From Verrucomicrobiota bacterium (lineage in GTDB: Bacteria > Verrucomicrobiota > Verrucomicrobiia > Opitutales > Cerasicoccaceae), in the NCBI GenBank assembly GCA_039818205.1, contig JBCBUK010000003.1:320001-384000 (forward strand): 64,000 nt of DNA. The letters are read 5' to 3'. Of the stretch, positions 52,478 through 61,141 are shown piece by piece (the stretch's first letter is position 1; each line of letters begins with the position of its first letter). The notes under the pieces are model-generated. The model had not been told where the DNA came from and did no database searches. It worked only from the letters and a program-made list of their open reading frames with translations. The translations under genes were made by a program, and so were the position numbers.

Positions 52478-52717
52478 ATGTTTGCGTCATTTTTATCGGC
52501 TGCGGCATTTCTGACCGAGGAATCCACATTCGTTGGTCACCTTCTAGAAAGTCTAGAGATGATGTTGAGCCGAGTGTTTGGCCGAGGCGAGATTTGGCCC
52601 ATTATTATTGCGGTTCTTGTGATGTACATCATGGTTCATTACCTGATATTTATATTCTTCATCGCCACAAGAACCGCCCTGAAAATGAGGGCCGTTTCAA
52701 TGAAACCGGTTAGATGA
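52478..52717 (+). CDS. Small hypothetical membrane protein
   Basis: 79-aa ORF with one long hydrophobic helix. Start may be 52559. Confidence 0.45.
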   Translation: MFASFLSAAAFLTEESTFVGHLLESLEMMLSRVFGRGEIWPIIIAVLVMYIMVHYLIFIFFIATRTALKMRAVSMKPVR

Positions 52718-52736
52718 TTTAGCCAATGAGTTCCTA

Positions 52737-54647
52737 CTACTCGGGCAATGCCTTGGCTGCGATGTCGCTGAGAATCTTGCCAATGGCCTCGTCGACGCTG
52801 ACGGTGCCTTCCATGGATTTGCCGATGCGTGAGCGGATTGATACAGTGCCAGCTTCGGCCTCTTTCTCTCCGCACACGAGCATGATCGGCACATGTTCCA
52901 TTTCTGCTCGGCGGACTTTGGCTCCAAATTTCTCGTCGTGTTTGTCGACGGAGCAGCGAATCTTTGCTGCTTTGAGCTTATCCATGATTCCCGTGGCGTA
53001 TTCCGAAGACTTTTCGCTGATCGGCAATACCCGAACTTGTTCGGGCGAAAGCCAGAGAGGGAAGTTGCCGGCGAAGTGCTCAATCAACACGCCGACGAAC
53101 CGCTCCATTGATCCGAACGGCGCCCGGTGGATCATGACAGGTCGGTGCGGTTGGTTGTCTTTGCCGATGTAGGACAGGTCAAAGCGGACGGGTAGCACGT
53201 AGTCGATCTGGACGGTTCCAAGTTGCCATTCGCGGCCAATGACATCTTTGACCACGAAGTCGATCTTCGGGCCATAGAAGGCGGCCTCGCCAGGTTCCTC
53301 GGTAAAGGGCACATCGAGGGTGCTGGCTGCCCGGCGACAAGCTTCTTCGGCTTGGTCCCACTTCTCGCTATCTCCCGTAAATTTGGTGCTATCGGGATCT
53401 CGCAGACCAACCCGAACACGGTAGTCGTGCATCCCAAGGGTGTTTAGGACGGTCTTCACTAGAGTGAGGCAACCGATAACTTCGTCGGCGACTTGGTCTT
53501 CCGTGCAGAAGAGGTGTGCGTCGTCCTGGGTAAAGCCACGCACGCGGGTCATTCCATTGAGCTCGCCGGATTGTTCCCAGCGATAGACCGTACCAAATTC
53601 CGCTAGGCGTATCGGTAGATCGCGATAGGAATACCGCTGTGAGGCAAAGATTTTAATATGATGCGGGCAGTTCATCGGCTTGAGCAAGAAGCCATCCAAC
53701 AGTTTGGTTGGATCCATAACGTGCTCTTGCTTGATCGCTTCCGTCCCAGTGCGCTCATTGAGTTCATCGCGGAAATGCGGTGCGACGGCTTCGAGTCGTT
53801 CCGTTAGTTCCGCACAGGAGCACCCTTCATGGGCGGCGCTCATCAATGCGTCCTGTTCGGGAATGGCCGGAAACTGCGAATCTTTGTAGTATGGGAAATG
53901 GCCAGAGGTTTTGTAGAGACCCAACTTGCCAATATGCGGCGTAAATACTTGATGGTATCCCTGCATTCGCAGTTCGTCTCCAATAAAGTCCTGCAGCTCT
54001 TGACGGATGACAGCCCCGTTGGGCTTCCAGAGAATGAGGCCTTGTCCAACTGCTTCACTGATTTCGAATAGATGGAGATCTTTACCGAGTTTGCGGTGAT
54101 CGCGCTTCTTGGCTTCTTCGAGCTTCTCCAGGTAATCAGCGAGTTCGTCCTTGCTGGTAAATGCGGTTCCGTAGATGCGTTGAAGTTGCTTGTTCTTCTC
54201 GTCCCCACGGTGATACGCGCCCGCAATGCTCATGAGCTTGAAGGCCTTGATCTTCTTAGTGTAGTTGACGTGAGAGCCGGCGCAGAGGTCGATGAACTCG
54301 CCGTTGCGATAGAACGAAATCGGGTCGCCTTCCGGGATGTCGTCAAGGCGTCCCAGCTTGTATCGCTCCTGACCGCTATCCTTGATGATTTTGATGGCTT
54401 CGTCGCGCTCAACTTCCATGCGCTCAAAACGCTGGTTTTCCTTGATGACCTTCTTCATCTCGGCCTCGATTTTCTCAAGGTCTTCCGAGGTGAGCTTCTC
54501 CTCAAGATCAATGTCGTAGTAGAAGCCGTTGTCTGTGGGAGGCCCGATGTCGAGCTTGGCCTCGGGGTAGAGGCGCAAAACGGCGGTCGCGAGCACGTGC
54601 GAGGCACTGTGGCGCAACTCTTCGAGCGGAGTCATCTGGGCTTTCAT
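52737..54647 (-). CDS. thrS: Threonine--tRNA ligase
   Basis: LRHSASHVLA, DLCAGSH, RDHRKLG, LKPMNCP, RVRGFTQDDAH, AFYGPKID, MIHRAPFGS. Confidence 0.98.
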   Translation of the reverse strand: MKAQMTPLEELRHSASHVLATAVLRLYPEAKLDIGPPTDNGFYYDIDLEEKLTSEDLEKIEAEMKKVIKENQRFERMEVERDEAIKIIKDSGQERYKLGRLDDIPEGDPISFYRNGEFIDLCAGSHVNYTKKIKAFKLMSIAGAYHRGDEKNKQLQRIYGTAFTSKDELADYLEKLEEAKKRDHRKLGKDLHLFEISEAVGQGLILWKPNGAVIRQELQDFIGDELRMQGYHQVFTPHIGKLGLYKTSGHFPYYKDSQFPAIPEQDALMSAAHEGCSCAELTERLEAVAPHFRDELNERTGTEAIKQEHVMDPTKLLDGFLLKPMNCPHHIKIFASQRYSYRDLPIRLAEFGTVYRWEQSGELNGMTRVRGFTQDDAHLFCTEDQVADEVIGCLTLVKTVLNTLGMHDYRVRVGLRDPDSTKFTGDSEKWDQAEEACRRAASTLDVPFTEEPGEAAFYGPKIDFVVKDVIGREWQLGTVQIDYVLPVRFDLSYIGKDNQPHRPVMIHRAPFGSMERFVGVLIEHFAGNFPLWLSPEQVRVLPISEKSSEYATGIMDKLKAAKIRCSVDKHDEKFGAKVRRAEMEHVPIMLVCGEKEAEAGTVSIRSRIGKSMEGTVSVDEAIGKILSDIAAKALPE

Positions 54648-54841
54648 GGTGAGTCGGGAGTTTTCGTTAACGGAAAAAGGAGAGGATGACAGACGATTCG
54701 CGGGCAGCTGTCAACCCGCGTGGCGTCAATTTTCTTACCAGGGAATCGTTCGAAATGGCGACATTTGGCGGCCAAATTCCCATGTTTCGATATTTGACCT
54801 GCTTGAGGAGGCCCCTAGGATTATTGAAAACGAGAACTGCG

Positions 54842-55522
54842 ATGAAAACTGGACAAATCTGGATTGGCTTCCTCCTGTTGGGAGTCCTGTTATCCGGCTG
54901 CGAGACCAAGGTGGCCGATCCAAGTGCTGACGACTATGGTTTTGAACGAACGGCGTTGGGCACCGGAGGGACCTTCGCCATCCGCGATGACAAGGCGCTT
55001 GAAGGCTACCATTCGATCTATTTGCGGGCCATTGTTGCGACACCAAGCGATCAAGTAGGCTCCGTCATGATTGATCAAAGCGAGATGGCCAATCTTGAGT
55101 ATGCGTTCGAACGGTCCTTTCGCTCAACCGTGGGGTCGACCTTCCCGGTTGTCTCGGCACCGGGGGAGGGCATCATGCTGGTCGAGGCCACAGTTGACGA
55201 GGTGATGCTTGCTGATGGGCGCGATCAAGTTGAAGCGGCCGATAATGCTGAAATGAATGGGCCTGATAGCTTAGACGGCGGCGCGATGGACGGCGTCGGT
55301 ATGCCGCAGGTTGCAGGCTCGAGTTTGGCCGTGGGTGAGCTCACGCTGCGCCTTCAAATTCGCGACTCGTTGACTGGGGATCTCCTTGCTTCAATGACCG
55401 ATGACGCTGCTGGCGGAACGATCGAGTCGATTAATGGCGAAACCAGTTGGGCCCGAGTATCCGATGCCTTCAACCGCTGGAACAACGACCTCAAGGCTGA
55501 GCTGGTCGCGGTGACGAAGTAG
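54842..55522 (+). CDS. Lipoprotein, DUF3313-like
   Basis: Lipobox LLSGC, VVSAPGEG, IRDSLTGDLLASMTD. Start ATG 54842. Confidence 0.7.
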   Translation: MKTGQIWIGFLLLGVLLSGCETKVADPSADDYGFERTALGTGGTFAIRDDKALEGYHSIYLRAIVATPSDQVGSVMIDQSEMANLEYAFERSFRSTVGSTFPVVSAPGEGIMLVEATVDEVMLADGRDQVEAADNAEMNGPDSLDGGAMDGVGMPQVAGSSLAVGELTLRLQIRDSLTGDLLASMTDDAAGGTIESINGETSWARVSDAFNRWNNDLKAELVAVTK

Positions 55523-55537
55523 ACGATAGTAGATCCC

Positions 55538-55573
55538 AAAAAACAGAAACCTCCCGGTTTAGGGGAGGCTCTG
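55538..55573 (-). terminator. Terminator of the ECF sigma operon (possibly bidirectional)
   Basis: Minus strand CAGAGCCTCCC...GGGAGGTTTCTG followed by TTTTTT. Confidence 0.65.
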
Positions 55574-55607
55574 CTGTGCCTGCTTATTGATGGCGCCTCC
55601 TTGCGGA

Positions 55608-56225
55608 TTACCACTCCAAATAGTCTTGCTGGCCGAGGAGTTCATTGAGTCTCCGTTGGATGATTTGATCCCGATTTTCGATGCGCTTCTCGATCAGAGA
55701 CTCGAGTTCTTTGACCTCGTCTTTGAGGTTTTTGATCTCGGCTTCCTGGAGTTCGATTTTGGAATCAAATGCTTTCTCGAGATTGCCCTTGAGCTTCTTC
55801 TTTAGGTCCGAAACTTCCTTGGCCTGCTCACCATCTTCCTCGAGTTGCATGATGTTCTCAGCCAGGGCGTATGATTCGACTTCCAGTCGGCTATGGTCGA
55901 GGAATTTATCGGCCTTTTTTCGGCTATAGGGCAATATCTCGTAATATTCGACCATGATTTCGCCGAGGTATTCGAGGGCCTCGAGTGCCTTCCATGGTTC
56001 ATATTCGATCCGGGCATTGATTATTTTCCAGACATCGTTCGAGAACTCCTTTTGCACGAACTCCTTGAGACCTTTGCCTTCGTCGGAGCTTAGCCATTCG
56101 TTAATTTCAGCCTTCATCTCGGCGATTTCATAGTCATCGTCGTCGTCGTCTTCGGCGTGCACGGGAATGGTCAGGATACTGACCGCGAGGATGAAAAATC
56201 CCAGGGCTTGTTTGATTGATTGCAT
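55608..56225 (-). CDS. Exported helical/coiled-coil protein
   Basis: Signal peptide (..IPVHA), poly-Asp run, heptad-rich C-terminus. Last gene of the sigma operon. Confidence 0.75.
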   Translation of the reverse strand: MQSIKQALGFFILAVSILTIPVHAEDDDDDDYEIAEMKAEINEWLSSDEGKGLKEFVQKEFSNDVWKIINARIEYEPWKALEALEYLGEIMVEYYEILPYSRKKADKFLDHSRLEVESYALAENIMQLEEDGEQAKEVSDLKKKLKGNLEKAFDSKIELQEAEIKNLKDEVKELESLIEKRIENRDQIIQRRLNELLGQQDYLEW

Positions 56226-56232
56226 GATACAG

Positions 56233-56676
56233 TTAGCTTTCAAGTTCTTGTTTTAGGGCCGAGATACGGAGCTTGAGTGACTTAAAGTCCGTTCGGTCCT
56301 GGTTTGAGTAATTCGAATTGCGATGGATTAACCGGTTGAGCTGGCTTTCGGCAGATTGCAGCCGGGCATCGATCGCGGCCTCGGTGGGCCATTCTATGGG
56401 TGTGATCTCGACGACCACGCCTATCGGGTCGACGAATTCGGGAAAAGTGTCGGGAGTGGGTTGCTGGTTGAGCACGATGGCGAGGAGAAGTGCAACCCCA
56501 GCGACGAGTGGACCGATTATCCAGCGCCAGTACTGCCACATGCTGGTGTGCTTCTGTGCAAAGGCCTCGTAGAGCACTTCGCGCTGATTGGGATCCAGGC
56601 GATGATTCTCGCTCTTGAGGATCTGTGAAAGCTCCTTTTCAAGCGTTTGTTCTTCGGGTGTGAGTTGGTCGTCCAT
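56233..56676 (-). CDS. Putative single-TM anti-sigma factor
   Basis: ATG overlaps the sigma stop (TGATG). Short cytoplasmic N-terminus, one TM helix, periplasmic tail. Confidence 0.65.
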   Translation of the reverse strand: MDDQLTPEEQTLEKELSQILKSENHRLDPNQREVLYEAFAQKHTSMWQYWRWIIGPLVAGVALLLAIVLNQQPTPDTFPEFVDPIGVVVEITPIEWPTEAAIDARLQSAESQLNRLIHRNSNYSNQDRTDFKSLKLRISALKQELES

Positions 56677-57266
56677 CAGTCTCTGTTCTCCAATTGATGT
56701 TTCAATTTCTCCATGGCGTGGCGCATTCGCCAAAGGGCGGTTCCGAGCGGTATGTTGAGTTGTTCGGCAATCTCATTGAATTTCAATTCGCCATAGATGC
56801 GAAGGGTGACGACATCGCGCAAATCATCCGATAGCGTAGCGAGCAAATGCTTGGCGTCGAGCCGATGCAGTCGAGTGCCTGGATTTTCTGAGCAGGCTTC
56901 TGGGGCTTGCTCAAGTTCGACGGTGTGCTTCCGCTTGCGCCAGGAATCGTGGGCGAGGTTGCGCGCTACGCTGAAAATCCAGGGGCGTAGTGAATCGCCC
57001 TTGACCGCTTTGGGGGGATACTTGATGAGTCGCAGAAAGGTTTCTTGGGTCAGGTCGCGGGCGTGATCGGGGTCTTTGGTGTAGTTGGTAAGATACCCGA
57101 TGACTGAGGACTCATAGCGTCGGAGGATTAGCCGCAGGGCTTCTTTATTGCCGGCGCGAAACTGTCGGAGGAGCTCGGCGTCGCTCGAGTCTTCGATCTC
57201 CCGAGTCTTGGACGTGTCGTTTTCCAAGATCATTGCTGCCATGTGGTGCTGCCAAACATTCGTCAT
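56676..57266 (-). CDS. ECF RNA polymerase sigma factor (sigma-70 group 4)
   Basis: DAELL, ARDLTQETFLR, WIFSVARNLAHD, FNEIAEQLNIPLGT. Alternative starts 57242 and 57233. Confidence 0.93.
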   Translation of the reverse strand: MTNVWQHHMAAMILENDTSKTREIEDSSDAELLRQFRAGNKEALRLILRRYESSVIGYLTNYTKDPDHARDLTQETFLRLIKYPPKAVKGDSLRPWIFSVARNLAHDSWRKRKHTVELEQAPEACSENPGTRLHRLDAKHLLATLSDDLRDVVTLRIYGELKFNEIAEQLNIPLGTALWRMRHAMEKLKHQLENRD

Positions 57267-57286
57267 ACTGTAAATATAACGCAGCG

Positions 57287-57300
57287 ATAATCTAGATTAT
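57287..57300. promoter_or_regulatory. Perfect 14-bp palindrome upstream of the ECF sigma gene
   Basis: ATAATCTAGATTAT. Confidence 0.4.
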
Positions 57301-57359
57301 TGGCAACGGACGAAAATTTATCCGATTTTCTGATCGAACGCTCGATTGCCCGGATAATG

Positions 57360-57387
57360 AAAACGGGAGAGGAATATTCCTCTCCCG
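57360..57387 (-). terminator. Terminator after the SPFH operon
   Basis: Perfect palindrome CGGGAGAGGAATATTCCTCTCCCG followed by TTTT on the minus strand. Confidence 0.75.
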
Positions 57388-57421
57388 GTGGCACCCTTGA
57401 TTGGGCGTTGGTGGAGCTTGG

Positions 57422-58540
57422 CTATTCGCTGGCGGCTCCGAGGCGATTGATCATGTGGTCGACGTCGAGTAGTGGTATATCGAGTGTGGATATGGTCATC
57501 TCGCCCAAATTGAGATTCTCGACGGCTTCAAGAGCCACGAGGTTTTGCCCGCCAGAGCCTTTGACGGCGTTGGCCCGGAGTCGTTCACCCTCGGCTTGTG
57601 CTTGCCGCTCCATCAGTTGGCCGCGGGCTAAGAGTTCCTTGGCGTAAAGGTCGGCGTCGGCGCTGGCTTTCGCAACGGCGACCTCCGCTTCCGCCAGAAT
57701 CGTGGCAACTTGTTTGTCCGTGTCCGCTTTGAGCCGTAGTTGCTCAGCCTTCTTCTGCTCTTCGATGACCCGGACCATTGCCTCGGTTTCAGCGGCGATC
57801 TTATTGGTTTCACCCTTCTTTTCCTCGGCGATTGCCCGCGCCTTGTTGAGTTCGACGTCCTGATCGGCCAACTTCTTATCGAGGATCTTTCGCTCGTATG
57901 AGGCGTCAAAGCTGATGTCGCGAACGAGTAGAGTGATTAGTTCGATGTGGTTTCGATCCAGCTCTCCCTTTAGGTTCTGGTAGGTGACCTCGGTCTTCTC
58001 GCGCCGAACTTCAGGCAAGTAGAATTCTTCGGTACGCATGGTTCCGAAGACGTTGCGGAGCGCGTTCTGGACTTGGTCGCGGACAATGCCTTTGTAGCGG
58101 TCCTCAGTGTTGAAGTCTTTGTAGAGCATGTGGACTTCATCGGCCTTTGGGCGGTATTTCACGGTAACGTCCAATTTAATGGTATAGCCATCTTTGAGTT
58201 TGAGCTCAATCCGCTCAGGTCCATGGGGTGGCAGCGTGGAAGCGCTGAGGCGAAAGAGCGAATAGCGGGCACGGTTTTCCAGACGCTCTTCCTTGGTGGT
58301 GAACTCGGTCGTTTGCACAGTGGAGTCAAAGATGTTCCAGTTATCGAGCAGGGGTAGGTTGCGATGCCAACCTGGCCCGAAGTCTTTTTCCTGAACCCCT
58401 TTTTTGCCGAGGATAGCGTATTGCTGAGTGCGGACTCCGACCTCGCCGGGTTCGAGCTTCACCATAAACATGGAGAACATGATGAAGGTGGCGAACACCA
58501 GAACGATGACGGCCATCGCGATGCGGTTGATTAGTTTCAT
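57422..58540 (-). CDS. SPFH (band 7/prohibitin) domain protein
   Basis: N-terminal [22 protein letters not shown], Ala/Glu-rich coiled-coil tail. Confidence 0.88.
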   Translation of the reverse strand: MKLINRIAMAVIVLVFATFIMFSMFMVKLEPGEVGVRTQQYAILGKKGVQEKDFGPGWHRNLPLLDNWNIFDSTVQTTEFTTKEERLENRARYSLFRLSASTLPPHGPERIELKLKDGYTIKLDVTVKYRPKADEVHMLYKDFNTEDRYKGIVRDQVQNALRNVFGTMRTEEFYLPEVRREKTEVTYQNLKGELDRNHIELITLLVRDISFDASYERKILDKKLADQDVELNKARAIAEEKKGETNKIAAETEAMVRVIEEQKKAEQLRLKADTDKQVATILAEAEVAVAKASADADLYAKELLARGQLMERQAQAEGERLRANAVKGSGGQNLVALEAVENLNLGEMTISTLDIPLLDVDHMINRLGAASE

Positions 58541-58564
58541 GGTAAGTATTTGTTGAAAGTGTGA

Positions 58565-59692
58565 TTATTCTTGGCGGCTTCCGGGCTTGGATGCGGCGCC
58601 CTCCTGCACGTGGGTGAAACGCTCGGTTTCGCCGCTGATTGTGTAGGGTTGACCGGTGACATTCATGCTTTGCAGGCGGGAGGCATAGGCGAGTTTGACG
58701 AGGTTACGACCGCCTTCGCCTTCGAGTGCGTTCGCCATCACTTCTGTTGCCTCAGCCTCGGCCGAGCCTTGAGCCAGAATAGCTTTAGCGTTCTGCTCCA
58801 TTTGATAGTACTGAGCGTCTGCGCCCCGTGCAGTGGAGATGGCGTAAGCCTCGGCGCCCTTCACCTGTCGGTTGGCTTCGGCTTCGGCCTGGACGATGAG
58901 CTGGCGCATCCCACCTTCAATGCTGGCGATGAAAACATCTTTTTTCTTTTCGGCTTCCACGGTGCGGAAGATCTGATTCTGCCGAGCAGCATTTGCTTTG
59001 GATATCTGCTCTTCCACTTCCTGGTCGGCGAGTTTCTTGGCCCGGATCTTATCTTCATACTCCGGGTGAAATCGAAATTTCTCGGCAATAACGCGGGTCA
59101 CCTCGACGCCGAAGGGTTGGAGGAGCTCGTTCATCTCGAGTTCAGTTTTCAGGGCCTTCTCGTTGCGGACGGAGGCATCATAGAACTGTTCGGTGGTCAT
59201 CTCGCCAAAGACAGTACGGCTTACCGAGCGGGCATAGTCGCGGACCCATTTTACTTTGTAGGCATCACCCAAGCCCGAGGTCTTGACGACTTCTTCAATC
59301 CGGTCTCGGCGCATTTGATAGTTGATCGTGAGGTCTAGGAATACATCACTACCGTCGATCGTTTTTATTCGTAGGTCGTCCCGCGCCGCACGATCGCCAC
59401 GGCCAGAGTCAGCCGTCATTTCCAGCCGTTGGACGGTTGTGTCGAGTAGGTGGAAGCTGTTGAGGAATCCGTTGTATATGTAGGTGCCTGATTCCGGAAC
59501 GACCGTTAGGTCGCCATTAAGATTGTTGACCTTGACCCCTACCTCTGTGCCGCTGACTTTCTGGACGCGGATCGTAAAGAGCATGGCGATGCTCAGCAAT
59601 AACATCGCCGAAAGCGCGAGTATAATTGTCCCGCGAAACGGCCGGAGGGCCGAGAAGCGACGGTTTAGTTTAAATTGATATTGATTAGACAT
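58565..59692 (-). CDS. SPFH (band 7/prohibitin) domain protein
   Basis: N-terminal [29 protein letters not shown] coiled coil. Confidence 0.88.
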   Translation of the reverse strand: MSNQYQFKLNRRFSALRPFRGTIILALSAMLLLSIAMLFTIRVQKVSGTEVGVKVNNLNGDLTVVPESGTYIYNGFLNSFHLLDTTVQRLEMTADSGRGDRAARDDLRIKTIDGSDVFLDLTINYQMRRDRIEEVVKTSGLGDAYKVKWVRDYARSVSRTVFGEMTTEQFYDASVRNEKALKTELEMNELLQPFGVEVTRVIAEKFRFHPEYEDKIRAKKLADQEVEEQISKANAARQNQIFRTVEAEKKKDVFIASIEGGMRQLIVQAEAEANRQVKGAEAYAISTARGADAQYYQMEQNAKAILAQGSAEAEATEVMANALEGEGGRNLVKLAYASRLQSMNVTGQPYTISGETERFTHVQEGAASKPGSRQE

Positions 59693-59703
59693 GATGAGTG
59701 GAG

Positions 59704-60627
59704 CTAGAGAATTCTAAGCGGTTGTATGAGGTTGGGTTCCTTGGAGCGGACGATCTGTCGGATCGCCATCAACGAAACTCCGAGGCCGGAAATTAGAAGA
59801 AAGATGAAATGTATCTTCAGGATGAATGCTGCCGCTAGGCAGCCAAAGGCGATGCCGATCCCGGCGATCAGGATTTTTATAAGTTTAGTTTCCCACTCGG
59901 TTTCTCGTGATGCGGGGTACTCGTGAATCGTTTCGTCGTGTTGGCGAAAATGGTTCTCCGGATAGTTGATGTTGGGAAAACGATAGCGATATTGTCCGTT
60001 GTGAATTTCGAGCGAGCAGTAGCCCTGTTTGGTCAAGCTCAGCAGTTTTGCTTTCACTTGCCGGAGTGTGAGCCGCGTATGGCCCGCGACCTCAGCAACA
60101 TTAACCGGACCACTCTTGGTCGCCGTGACAAATATGATCTCGTGTTGCCAGGCGGCATCTGCTGGCCATGCAATGACGTTGGCCTGGGCGGCGATTTCGG
60201 CTTCGAGTTTTGCTCGGGTTGCCGGCGCCATGATCTCCGTTCGATCACGTTTTGAAAGTCGCTCACCGGTATAGACATCAACGCCTTCGATGGATTCTCC
60301 CGAAATGTGTCCAACGAGTTCTTGAAACTCGTAGGTCGTGATGCCGTCGATGGCTTCCTTAAAGACAATCTGACGGTCCACCATGTTGTCCAATCGCTCT
60401 GAAATCATCGCAAGTGAAACTGGCAAATACATCATCAGGTGATTGGCGGTGACGCGGCCCTGATTATTGGCGGCGAGGCGTTCGGCCAGATTTTCAACAA
60501 CAACGTCTAGAAGGGGCGTCGGCACGGTTTCGGATCGGCAGGCGCCCGGGTTCTCAACGGGGTGCGTCTTTCGGCTCGTTGCATCAATCGAGTCGTATGG
60601 GCTGTCGGATTGCAGGATGGTGTTCAC
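59704..60627 (-). CDS. Hypothetical protein with two winged-helix-like repeats and two C-terminal TM helices
   Basis: Two G.V..helix-helix-beta-hairpin-Y.F units, hydrophobic C-terminal hairpin, 11 nt from the first SPFH gene. Start uncertain. Confidence 0.7.
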   Translation of the reverse strand: MNTILQSDSPYDSIDATSRKTHPVENPGACRSETVPTPLLDVVVENLAERLAANNQGRVTANHLMMYLPVSLAMISERLDNMVDRQIVFKEAIDGITTYEFQELVGHISGESIEGVDVYTGERLSKRDRTEIMAPATRAKLEAEIAAQANVIAWPADAAWQHEIIFVTATKSGPVNVAEVAGHTRLTLRQVKAKLLSLTKQGYCSLEIHNGQYRYRFPNINYPENHFRQHDETIHEYPASRETEWETKLIKILIAGIGIAFGCLAAAFILKIHFIFLLISGLGVSLMAIRQIVRSKEPNLIQPLRIL

Positions 60628-61141
60628 GGAAGTCTTTCTGATTTTCGGAATTATAGCCCGGTCCCATTCCGCCAGCTATTATAACCGAGAGCGCCGTTTG
60701 CAATCGGTCGGTTGCTGGCTCAGAGGCCTTATCCGATTCAGATCAGGGAAATGAGCACCGCTCCCGCGTATTGCCCCAGCGCAATTGTGGATTGTCGGCG
60801 GGGTGTCCTCGTTCGGTAGATGATAGTGGAATCTAAAAAATACAGGAAAAATCCAAAAACATGTCTAATTTGGTCTATTGGGTGGTAATAAGTGATATGT
60901 GAATTGGCATTTCCTCAAATTTCAGGCGAGTCCGTGGACGGCTCGCCGGGCTCTGATTTACTCAACAATGCATACATTATTGTATTTTTAATTTTTCAAT
61001 ACCCGATCTATTACCCAAGTGACCCATTATCGCTGCGACTGGGCGGCGAATTCGAGTGATTCAATCCCCTCTTGGACATTCGAATGCCTTCGAAAAATCC
61101 AGTATTTATCAGATCAAACCCTCCTTAGCACATACTCAGAC

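Noticed and set aside
58571..59338. 255-aa plus-strand ORF opposite an SPFH gene
   Set aside because: Antisense shadow with no motifs.
60628..61141. Long intergenic region as possible tRNA/ncRNA locus
   Set aside because: No cloverleaf or recognisable RNA family; only one small GC hairpin (about 60925-60947) and A-tracts, consistent with divergent promoters.
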